Positions 39,385-47,381 of a stretch of 64,000 bases of DNA are shown here, piece after piece. The translations under genes and the position numbers were made by a program. The stretch's first letter is position 1; each line of letters begins with the position of its first letter. Below the pieces are notes generated by a model. It did no database searches, was not told the DNA's origin, and saw nothing but the letters and a program-made list of their open reading frames with translations. This DNA comes from Crocinitomicaceae bacterium (GTDB lineage Bacteria > Bacteroidota > Bacteroidia > Flavobacteriales_D > Crocinitomicaceae), in the NCBI GenBank assembly GCA_044339115.1, contig JBIIWA010000015.1, forward strand, positions 4,818-68,817, in the 5' to 3' direction.

Positions 39385-40272
39385 ATGATCAATCAGACCA
39401 CAAAAGATAAAATTGAGATTTTGCACCGTCAATATCTAAACTTGGCAAAGGGAAATGAATCAATATTAAAAGAAATAGCCCTAGCCGAAATTCCTGAGTT
39501 GGTTTATAACTCAAACGCTATTGAAAATTCAACCCTTTCATTGGAAGATACAGAAAAAATCCTTGCAGGGGGAAGTATCGATCGAAAAGTAAATGTCCGG
39601 GAAGTTTATGAAGCCAAAAATTTGGCCAATCTTACCGAATCCTTATTAGAAAAAAACAAATCCTTACTTCACATTAAACACATTTTAAGCTTTCATAAAA
39701 CTTTGCTTACTAACATTGATGATAATATTTCCGGTCGTTTTAGAGTTGGCAAAGAATGGGTGCGTGTTGGTAATCACTTAGGTGCAAATCCACAGTTTGT
39801 CCCTACACTTATGCAAGAACTTGTTGATAATTACAATCAGAATAAAATCAGTTATTTTTTAGATGCTGTCGCCCATTTCCACGCAGAGTTTGAAACCATT
39901 CACCCCTTTGTTGATGGAAATGGGCGAATGGGTAGAGTGCTTATTAATCTGCAGTTAATGAATTTAGGTTTCCCTCCAATTATCATTCAAAATAAAAGCA
40001 AACATACTGACTACTATACGCTGTTTACACAGTACCAGTCAACACTTAAGTTTGGTGGTTTTACCGAGTTGTTTGCCTTACTATTGCAAGAATCTATGCA
40101 CAAAAGAATAAGCATACTTGCATCAAAAAAAATAATTCCACTTGCACTATGGGCATCGCAAAAAAAAGTAAAACCAAATGTTGCAGCCAATAAAGCCAAA
40201 AGACAAACAATTCCTGCCTTCCGAATGCGAGAAAAATGGATGATTGCAGAAGAATTTGCATCAAGCAAATAA
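39385..40272 (+). CDS. Fic-family protein (class II: N-terminal inhibitory helix present)
   Basis: Fic motif HPFVDGNGRMGR at 39901-39936. Inhibitory-motif-like SNAIEN ([ST]xxxE[GN]) at 39511-39528. Confidence 0.85.
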   Translation: MINQTTKDKIEILHRQYLNLAKGNESILKEIALAEIPELVYNSNAIENSTLSLEDTEKILAGGSIDRKVNVREVYEAKNLANLTESLLEKNKSLLHIKHILSFHKTLLTNIDDNISGRFRVGKEWVRVGNHLGANPQFVPTLMQELVDNYNQNKISYFLDAVAHFHAEFETIHPFVDGNGRMGRVLINLQLMNLGFPPIIIQNKSKHTDYYTLFTQYQSTLKFGGFTELFALLLQESMHKRISILASKKIIPLALWASQKKVKPNVAANKAKRQTIPAFRMREKWMIAEEFASSK

Positions 40273-40310
40273 TTATTGAATGGGGTAAAAAAATAGTAAT
40301 ACGGAGAAAA

Positions 40311-40353
40311 GAGTGAGTATATCGCTCTATCTCTATAAACTCACTCTGTTTTG
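40311..40353 (+). terminator. possible terminator hairpin after fic
   Basis: GAGTGAGT (40311-40318) pairs with ACTCACTC (40339-40346) around a 20-nt loop, followed by TGTTTTG. The large loop makes it weak. Confidence 0.3.
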
Positions 40354-40368
40354 TGGAGCCGAATAGGT

Positions 40369-40641
40369 CTATTTATTTTCTTTTTTAGCCTTTCTCATAT
40401 TATGTAAATAGGTCGAAAGCAAGACTGATTCGTAAAAAATTAGATTGTCAATTTTACATTCGGTTGGACCACATAAACAGGAGTCATTTTCACATTGATC
40501 TGCGAGACATTCCGGTTTACCAAACTTGTTGAGCGGTAATTCTGAATCCTGCAAAGGTTTAGCTTGAATCAATAGAGGATTCGTTCCTTCTTTTTTCGTC
40601 TTAAAAAAGTTGAACAAGTGTTTAATGATATTTTTTTTCAT
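40369..40641 (-). CDS. hypothetical small Cys-containing protein
   Basis: 90-aa ORF in otherwise empty space. No motif recognised. Confidence 0.35.
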   Translation of the reverse strand: MKKNIIKHLFNFFKTKKEGTNPLLIQAKPLQDSELPLNKFGKPECLADQCENDSCLCGPTECKIDNLIFYESVLLSTYLHNMRKAKKENK

Positions 40642-40884
40642 GATGTGTGTTTTAATAGGTTAAACAAAAACATCACTAAGAGAGAAAATTGGATTGCGTA
40701 ATATTTTTAGGTCGCGCCTCACATTATTTTTCCACCGCGCCACGTCTGGTCGGTTGGCATTTCGAAATTAAATTCGAAAACTCTTAATGACTTATTTTCC
40801 TATAGAACGCTTTCAATTCTAAAAGTAACAGTTCAAGCTTTTTTTTTCTTTTTATCACTTGAGCGCGCTCAGATTCGATAAGAC

Positions 40885-40971
40885 AAAAAAAAGCACCAAC
40901 CAAAGGAAGGCGCTTGCATCAGAGTTGTCTCCACTAACTTGTTCTCGATCCAATTTTTGGAAGATTTGGAG
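40885..40971. repeat. ~87-bp repeat, copy 1 (abuts the HepT stop codon)
   Basis: Aligns by eye at roughly 80% identity with 41657-41743. Shared blocks are GCGCTTGCATCAG, ACTTGTTCTCGA and TTTTTGGA(A/G)GATTTGGAG. On the minus strand it contains a terminator-like hairpin followed by a T run. Confidence 0.8.
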
Positions 40972-40974
40972 TAC

Positions 40975-41314
40975 TTATTTATGCTTGAGAATGAAAATCT
41001 CGTTAGATAATTTTGGAATGTCTTTTTGAATTATTGCCCATATCATCTCAGGTTCGACGGAGTCGTATGCGTGCGCAATAATATTTCTCAAGCCAATGAT
41101 ATTTTTGATTGAAGATATTTCAATTATTGGACTTATTTCAGTTATTTTTTTGATGGCTTCACCAAGAATTTCTAAATCTCGCTCGATTGCTCTTTGCAAA
41201 ATTATGTCAGACTTAAATAGGTTGAAATTATTGTCTGTTTTTTGTTTTTATAGCTTCAATTTCTAAAATGATACTCTCGATATCGAGAAAATATTTTAAT
41301 AGTTTATGCTGCAT
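40975..41314 (-). pseudogene. hepT: HepT-like (DUF86/HEPN) toxin, interrupted by a frameshift
   Basis: C-terminal part (40975-41199) carries RNIIAH-x-Y (41071-41088). The N-terminal part MQHKLLKYFLDIESIILEIEAIKTKNRQ* (41314-41228) starts at an ATG overlapping the mntA stop. The two parts are offset by +1 around the A5-C-A6 tract (T6 at 41238-41243 on the + strand). Confidence 0.75.
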
Positions 41315-41612
41315 ATAATTCGACTTTTGATTGCTCAATTTCTTCAATTAACACCCTATTTCGCAAAGATTTTTTAGTGACTAAATCAATTTTTCTTCCC
41401 ATCAATGCTTCTAATTTCTCTAAATATGAAAAGTAATTATCAGCATAGTCCAATAAGTGTAGGTCATCTGAAAACTGAACCAAAAGATCAATGTCACTTT
41501 CTTCGTTCATTGTTTCTTTTGCAGCCGAACCAAATAAGGCTATTGAAGAAACGCGATGCATTTTACTCAATGCAATTATTTGATCAATTTTATCTTCTAT
41601 TATTTTTATCAT
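41304..41612 (-). CDS. mntA: MNT-type nucleotidyltransferase antitoxin
   Basis: LFGSAAKETMNEESDIDLLV (GS...DxD pol-beta NTase motif), 102 aa, directly upstream of HepT. Confidence 0.85.
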   Translation of the reverse strand: MIKIIEDKIDQIIALSKMHRVSSIALFGSAAKETMNEESDIDLLVQFSDDLHLLDYADNYFSYLEKLEALMGRKIDLVTKKSLRNRVLIEEIEQSKVELYAA

Positions 41613-41656
41613 TTCAAGTCAAATATACAAAATATGATTATTATATCGAATAAAAT

Positions 41657-41743
41657 GAAAAAAGCGCCAACCTAAGGCAGGCGCTTGCATCAGTGTGGAG
41701 TCCACCGACTTGTTCTCGAACCCCTTTTTGGAGGATTTGGAGA
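41657..41743. repeat. ~87-bp repeat, copy 2 (upstream of mntA)
   Basis: See copy 1. Contains GCGCC-N11-GGCGC with a flanking A/T run and the palindrome GTGGAGTCCAC. Confidence 0.8.
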
Positions 41744-42085
41744 GGTTGGGGCATGTGTTGAAATAGTTTATTGGTTAGCTCAAAAGATATACTATAAGAG
41801 CGCTCGCCATGATGATGATTTGGAAAGGATTTAGGGAGGATATTAATTAAGATAAATTGAAATATCCAATAAACAAAATTCTAAATTGAATAAAAAAAAA
41901 AAGTAAAATTTTAATAGTAGAATATTAAGATTATTAATTGAACCAATAATTAGGAATTTGAATTTTTTTATAATATATTTAAAAAAAACTGTAAGAATTG
42001 GAAAGTGCTTTTAATTTTAACAAAATGATTTTGTTGATGTAGAAGTTGAATGTGCACATTTTATTAAATTATATAGAAAAATTAC

Positions 42086-42778
42086 ATGGAAAAAGCTATT
42101 AAAGAATTTGAAAGGATTTTCACAGAAAGGATTTTACATTATAAAAATTTTAATTCTTTTGGTGAGGATAGTATCCGGTATGACTTTTTTAATGCACTAA
42201 TTAACATTTACAACTTAAAACCGTATCAATTTCAGTTAGAATTTCCTATTCCTATCGAACAGTTTGAAAACAAAATAAAAAAAGAAAATAGTGGGCGAGG
42301 TCGACATGAATATAAGCCAGAAGTAGACTTGTTAATTGATCCAATTAATTCATTTGATGTTGGTATAGTGGCAGAATTTGCATATTTCCGAAAGCCTGAA
42401 AAAGCCAAAAATCAAGATAAAACAGGAAAGCATGGTAAGATTTTTAATGAAATTTTTAGACTTGCCCTTATGAAAAATCATCAACAATTTAATAATTACA
42501 AGTGTTATTTAATTTGTGTTACTGATGATGAAATGATTAATTATGCCAAAGAAGGAACAAGGGGTTCTACACCAATTGGTATTCAAGATGAATATCTTCT
42601 AAATCATGATTTTTTAAGAAAAATTAAATCAACAGCAATAGGTAAAATAGATGATAAATTTAAATTAAAAGTGGCTGAGTTATCAATTACTCCATCTGCA
42701 AAAAGAATTTTCAATATTAAATCTAAAAGTAATCTAAATTGGGAGATATGGGTTTGGGAAATAGATTATGTGAATTAA
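42086..42778 (+). CDS. hypothetical protein, possibly PD-(D/E)xK nuclease-like
   Basis: 230-aa ORF isolated between 340-bp and 430-bp AT-rich non-coding stretches. EDSIRYDFF...PEVDLLID...VAEFAYFRK is loosely compatible with a restriction-endonuclease-like core. Confidence 0.3.
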   Translation: MEKAIKEFERIFTERILHYKNFNSFGEDSIRYDFFNALINIYNLKPYQFQLEFPIPIEQFENKIKKENSGRGRHEYKPEVDLLIDPINSFDVGIVAEFAYFRKPEKAKNQDKTGKHGKIFNEIFRLALMKNHQQFNNYKCYLICVTDDEMINYAKEGTRGSTPIGIQDEYLLNHDFLRKIKSTAIGKIDDKFKLKVAELSITPSAKRIFNIKSKSNLNWEIWVWEIDYVN

Positions 42779-43207
42779 AAAAGTCGAACTTCAACCATTA
42801 AAACTCTTTCTTTTTTTGATATTGAAACTCAAAATTATATCCAACTATTTCCGAATAATCTCACCTAAAAAATCCAATTTACATACTTTATTTTAACTCA
42901 TTCCAAATATGATGACTTAATTAAAGATTCAAAGACTTATATTCGATTGAAATCTATGCATGATTATATGATTGATTATTCAACATCTTTTATGATAATG
43001 ATTAATACCCTTTTTTCAATAGAGAATGAATTTCCACTAGCAAATAAATACCTGAAAATTTAAAAGGAATAATCCAAAGATGTCTTTTTATATTTTTTAT
43101 CATAAAAACTGTTTATAATTTCGATATGCTCTGTTCGGTTAACAGAAGATTGAAACTTAAACCCAATTTAACTAAACTAAATTTATATATTCGTATTCAA
43201 CAACATA

Positions 43208-43708
43208 ATGCTTAAACATCTTTCATTTAATGGAAACAAAACTGCTTACCTAATTCAAGGGCAAAAATTTGTACTGAATTTTCATTTCACTAGATGTCTA
43301 TTTGTATTGGTTTATTACAATAATGGAAAATACCCTGATGGCCGTTTTCATTTTAATAAATGTTGGAATAAAATTTCTTTAAGGTCCACTAAAGGAGCTT
43401 TTGAATCAATTACCAATGTTTATCATCCGGAGATTAAATTCATTACTTTTGGTTACGGGATAAAAATTCATCGTGTTGTCTTAAAGATTAATTTTTTCAA
43501 CACCATTGAACCAAATATTTCCATAAAAGATAGAAGTTTTACGAAAGTACCTGAAGTTAAAATCAGGGATCAAAAAGTGGTGCTGCATCCCATTGAATTT
43601 TCCAAAATGGACCAGAACCCTAAATTTCATGTTTTGGATGTTGAGTTGAACAATAAGTCTGAATTAAATTATAAGAATATTAAATTAATGAATTATGAGT
43701 CAAATTGA
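43208..43708 (+). CDS. hypothetical protein (first gene of the 43.2-49.5 kb operon)
   Basis: 166-aa ORF overlapping the next gene by 14 nt. No motif recognised. Confidence 0.5.
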   Translation: MLKHLSFNGNKTAYLIQGQKFVLNFHFTRCLFVLVYYNNGKYPDGRFHFNKCWNKISLRSTKGAFESITNVYHPEIKFITFGYGIKIHRVVLKINFFNTIEPNISIKDRSFTKVPEVKIRDQKVVLHPIEFSKMDQNPKFHVLDVELNNKSELNYKNIKLMNYESN

Positions 43709-44981
43709 TTATTTAGCAAAAGAACCTAGTAAAATTTCTAAATTTTTATGGTGGTGTGCAGGTGCAGACGAACACTTCTTAAAGATTTCGCCTATGCAGG
43801 ATAGAGTCAAATATGCTGGAATAGGCGGAATTGTACTATGTACTGGCTTATTAGCAGCATTTTCGGGTGGATATGCTTTTAATACAATATTTGGACCTAA
43901 AGGAGATGCCATTGATGATTTAGTGTTAAGCATTGGAACCATAATTGGCTCCATACTATTTGGATGTGTTTGGGGTTTAATCATTTTTAATCTGGATCGG
44001 TTTATCGTTTCTTCAACAGGTAAGGGTGATGGAACAGATAAAATAACTTGGAAAGAGGTTGGACAAGCATTACCTAGAATAGTGATTGCACTCATTTTAG
44101 GATTTGCTATCTCAGCCCCACTTGAGATTAAGATTTTAGAGTCGGAAATCAACTCTGAATTGAGTAAATATCAAAAAGAATATACTGAAAAATTGAATGT
44201 TGCAACAGATGTAGTCTTTAAACAAAAATTAGCCAAACTTGAAGTGGATAAGCAACAATATGAGACCAAATTATTAGGCTATGAAAAAGAGTTAATGGCT
44301 TTTGATACTAAAATAGATGAACTAGTTGAACAGCAAAGGCTTGAAATGCAGGATAAAAGGGCGTATGGTGACGGTCCCGTATCAAGAGCATTGGGGAAAA
44401 ACATCGCTGACAAAAAACTGGAGAAAGAGAAATATATTAATCTAAAATCTTCTGAAGTTGGCACTTGGAGAAAACAATTAAATTTCAATGACGACCAAAT
44501 CAATAAGATGTCTGATGATTTAAGAAAATCATATAAAGACAATGAGAAAAAAGCGCATGGTTATGATGGATTATTAAAGCGTATACAAATCAGTCATGAA
44601 ATAGGAGGGGTAATACCTTGGATGATTTTATGTGTATTTCTATGTATTGAAATGGGACCAATTTTCTTTAAAATGATGATGAATAAGGGGGTTTATGATT
44701 ACATGGTAGAAAATTATAACTTCAAACGACAAGTTGAAAATGGTATTTATAAGGAAGATCATCTATATGAAGGGAAAAATGGATTGATTCATATGGAGAA
44801 ATATCGTTATCTTGAAGTTGAATTGTCTAAAGAAGAAAAACTAAATAAGATTGAGAAACAAAAACAAATCAATGAGTCCATTATTGATGAGTGGTCTACT
44901 AAAACTTTAAAGGATGTGAAGGATAATCCTTCTACCTATTACACTGAAGGAAAGGACAGTGAGACGAACAATCCTGCTTAA
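43695..44981 (+). CDS. DUF4407-like membrane protein (3 TM, long coiled coil, 1 TM)
   Basis: N-terminal FLWWCAGADEHFL and IIFNLDRFIV, as I recall them for DUF4407. Hydrophobic segments lie at about aa 40-62, 77-100, 126-147 and 304-327, with a K/E/Q-rich heptad region between. Confidence 0.6.
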   Translation: MSQIDYLAKEPSKISKFLWWCAGADEHFLKISPMQDRVKYAGIGGIVLCTGLLAAFSGGYAFNTIFGPKGDAIDDLVLSIGTIIGSILFGCVWGLIIFNLDRFIVSSTGKGDGTDKITWKEVGQALPRIVIALILGFAISAPLEIKILESEINSELSKYQKEYTEKLNVATDVVFKQKLAKLEVDKQQYETKLLGYEKELMAFDTKIDELVEQQRLEMQDKRAYGDGPVSRALGKNIADKKLEKEKYINLKSSEVGTWRKQLNFNDDQINKMSDDLRKSYKDNEKKAHGYDGLLKRIQISHEIGGVIPWMILCVFLCIEMGPIFFKMMMNKGVYDYMVENYNFKRQVENGIYKEDHLYEGKNGLIHMEKYRYLEVELSKEEKLNKIEKQKQINESIIDEWSTKTLKDVKDNPSTYYTEGKDSETNNPA

Positions 44982-44992
44982 TTTTCTAGACT

Positions 44993-46117
44993 TTGAAAAG
45001 ATTGATAATTGAATTATTAGGCTTGGAGGATCATATTTTCTCCTCTGTTTCAGCTAGTGAAAAATCTTTGTTTTCACTAGTTGTTATTTGTTTTATGGGG
45101 TTTTTCCTCCTTTCAATTTTCTCTAGTTTTTTCCTTGCTTTTCTTATCACAGGATCTTATTTGTTTTCTTTTACACTTGGCTTGTTTTTAATTTTTGTGG
45201 TCAATTTTGTTATTCGTTTTTCATTATTAATTATAAAAAGACCAGTTTCCAAGGTGATTGAAGAAAATGTGGTGCTTACTGAGACAACACCAATTGCAAT
45301 CCCCATTGCAACGCCTAATGGTTCTTCTAAACTTTCCAACTTGCTCAAAAAGCTTGATGTTAGATCCATATTTACATCTGGACAAGTTCCATGGTTTAAT
45401 TTTACATTGCGGATCTTTTTCTCAACTGTTTTTGCATTAATATTAATTTTTCCGCTAACTGCTTTATTCAATAAATCAAGAGTCAATACTTTATTAGGTG
45501 AGAAAAGAATAGAATTGTATAAAGAAAATTATAAGAGTATTCACGCTGACTTTAAACTTAAAGTCAGCCGTCAGGAGCACCAAATCAGTAAGGCAACTAT
45601 CAAATTGAAAATGATATCTAAATCTGCTCAAAAAAATAGTATTAGTTTTAAAAATCAACTAGTTGAAATAGCCAATCTAAAGCAACAATTGTTAGCAATT
45701 AAAAATGAATTTTATAGTGGTATTTCAAATCAAATGGAGCTGTATAGAAGTAATTTGAATGCTGCTTATTTTCCGATTTTTATATTTAGAAATTGCCTGC
45801 ATTTAAATGGATTTTGGCTAATAGCATTCGTTATTTTTACACTTGTTTTTTTGCCACAAATTCTATTGGTAAGATTGAAGAACCACCCTGACTTTAATTA
45901 TGCTAAACTTTCTAATGAATACTATCATGGAATAATACATGGTCAATATCAAAAATCAAAAACGTGGGCGGAAGGTTATTTATCATCTATGAATAATCAA
46001 TCAAAAGTTGTTCTCAATTCAAAATATGACGATCCTCCATACAACACAAAGAAAATAAAACAAATACGCAAAGGGATATCTGATCTTGAATTTTACAATC
46101 AATTAAAAATAAATTGA
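44993..46117 (+). CDS. membrane protein with the same TM/coiled-coil/TM layout (divergent DUF4407-like?)
   Basis: TTG start. N-terminal TM cluster ending VVNFVIRFSLLI (compare IFNLDRFIV upstream), a further TM, a coiled-coil-like region, and a late TM (FWLIAFVIFTLVFLPQILLV). Confidence 0.45.
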   Translation: MKRLIIELLGLEDHIFSSVSASEKSLFSLVVICFMGFFLLSIFSSFFLAFLITGSYLFSFTLGLFLIFVVNFVIRFSLLIIKRPVSKVIEENVVLTETTPIAIPIATPNGSSKLSNLLKKLDVRSIFTSGQVPWFNFTLRIFFSTVFALILIFPLTALFNKSRVNTLLGEKRIELYKENYKSIHADFKLKVSRQEHQISKATIKLKMISKSAQKNSISFKNQLVEIANLKQQLLAIKNEFYSGISNQMELYRSNLNAAYFPIFIFRNCLHLNGFWLIAFVIFTLVFLPQILLVRLKNHPDFNYAKLSNEYYHGIIHGQYQKSKTWAEGYLSSMNNQSKVVLNSKYDDPPYNTKKIKQIRKGISDLEFYNQLKIN

Positions 46118-47376
46118 GTAGTATAACCAACTATTATAAAGGGTATTTAAAAGCCCAATTTACAACTGTTTCCAAACAGAAAATTGGATCAGTCAATGAT
46201 TCGCAATCTAAAATTATTTTGGAGCCTCGATTTTATTGCATGAATTTTATACAGGTAAAAGAAAATGAAATACCTACTTCTGCTTTGTTATCCAATACGC
46301 CTCATCTTTATCAAACTGGCCGCTTTGATATTGAATGTTATCCAGGTGAGGACCAGAAAAATGGGATTCGTAGAACTGCTACTAATATCATCTTACTGTT
46401 AAATAAAAAAAATCCCGATAATTCAGAACTTTCGAATGAATTAAGCTCCTGGCATGAATATGACTTTAAAGAGTCGAGAGAGAAACATTACGATAGCTTT
46501 CTTTCTAATAGTCAGGTAATGCCTCATGGAAGAATTGAGGGTGACGCCTACTTTTTAGTTGAAGAATTAATTGATTTAGAGGGTAAAGTAATTGTAAATT
46601 CTACTTCAGTTACGGCAAGTGGAAGCATGTCACCTGGATGTCTCGGTTTTCTAAGTGGGATTACGCAAGCAATTTATGGATTTAATCTACGACTGAAGAA
46701 TTGGTTAAATAGCTTATTTGGGAAAGCTTTTGGATCCAGTTTAATTGGACAAGAACCAAATGGTTGTATGCCATCTATGTTACCAAGTGGATGCTCCGGG
46801 CCTGGCTGCTCTCGTTTTGGTTGTGGTTTTTTAAGTTTATTACTCGGATTACTTCTGTTGCTTTGGTTGTTAAAAAACTTATTATATGGGGATTACAAAA
46901 CATCTTCTTCCAACAAAGAACGGATCATTCATGATACTATTTATGTTAATAAAGAAAAGCAGGACACATTAACTTATATAGATGAAACAACGAATACCAC
47001 AGTAAAAATGTTGAGTCTTCCCAATGTTCAATTTGAAAAGAATAAAACGAAATTACTATCGAGTTCATTGAGTGACTTAAATTCATTGGCTGATTATTTA
47101 TTGCAGAATAAAGAAATTAATGCGGAAATTATTGGTCATACCGATAGTGATGGCGATGCAACAGCAAATAAAGAATTGTCTCAATCTAGAGCTGAAGAAG
47201 TAAAAAGGTATATAGTGAGTTTAGGAGTTCAAGAATCTAGGATTAAAGCAACTGGAAAAGGGGAGTCCGAACCTAGAACAGAGAACGAAACTGCAGAAGG
47301 TCGTGCAATGAATAGAAGGGTAGAGGTGAAGTTAACACAGTATAATTCAACTAAAACCACCAGAACTAAAAAGTAA
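46114..47376 (+). CDS. OmpA/MotB-type peptidoglycan-binding-domain protein with unknown N-terminal domain and one TM
   Basis: C-terminal VQFEKNKTKLL...IIGHTDSDGDATANKELSQSRAEEVKRYIV...GKGESEP...NRRVEVKL is a clear OmpA_C-like domain. TTGA start/stop overlap with the upstream gene. Confidence 0.75.
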   Translation: MSSITNYYKGYLKAQFTTVSKQKIGSVNDSQSKIILEPRFYCMNFIQVKENEIPTSALLSNTPHLYQTGRFDIECYPGEDQKNGIRRTATNIILLLNKKNPDNSELSNELSSWHEYDFKESREKHYDSFLSNSQVMPHGRIEGDAYFLVEELIDLEGKVIVNSTSVTASGSMSPGCLGFLSGITQAIYGFNLRLKNWLNSLFGKAFGSSLIGQEPNGCMPSMLPSGCSGPGCSRFGCGFLSLLLGLLLLLWLLKNLLYGDYKTSSSNKERIIHDTIYVNKEKQDTLTYIDETTNTTVKMLSLPNVQFEKNKTKLLSSSLSDLNSLADYLLQNKEINAEIIGHTDSDGDATANKELSQSRAEEVKRYIVSLGVQESRIKATGKGESEPRTENETAEGRAMNRRVEVKLTQYNSTKTTRTKK

Positions 47377-47381
47377 CTTTA

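Noticed and set aside
40885-41743. Whether the 87-bp repeats are tRNA or tmRNA 3' fragments (att sites) or integron attC sites
   Set aside because: The minus-strand GGTTCGAGAAC only superficially resembles a T-arm: there is no complementary stem and no acceptor or CCA-like end. I could not find RYYYAAC/GTTRRRY core sites, and no integrase is present. The origin remains open.
41630-41760. A 37-codon minus-strand ORF (MPQPLQILQKGVREQVGG...) running through repeat copy 2; the same frame is also open in copy 1
   Set aside because: Copy 1 has no start codon because it follows the HepT stop in frame. The differences between the copies are not biased toward synonymous sites, and the terminator hairpin would lie inside the ORF. 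It is probably non-coding.
43709-44152. 147-aa antisense ORF inside the DUF4407-like gene
   Set aside because: It is fully nested antisense to a well-supported membrane-protein gene. Its hydrophobic composition mirrors the sense strand, and it has no independent start context.
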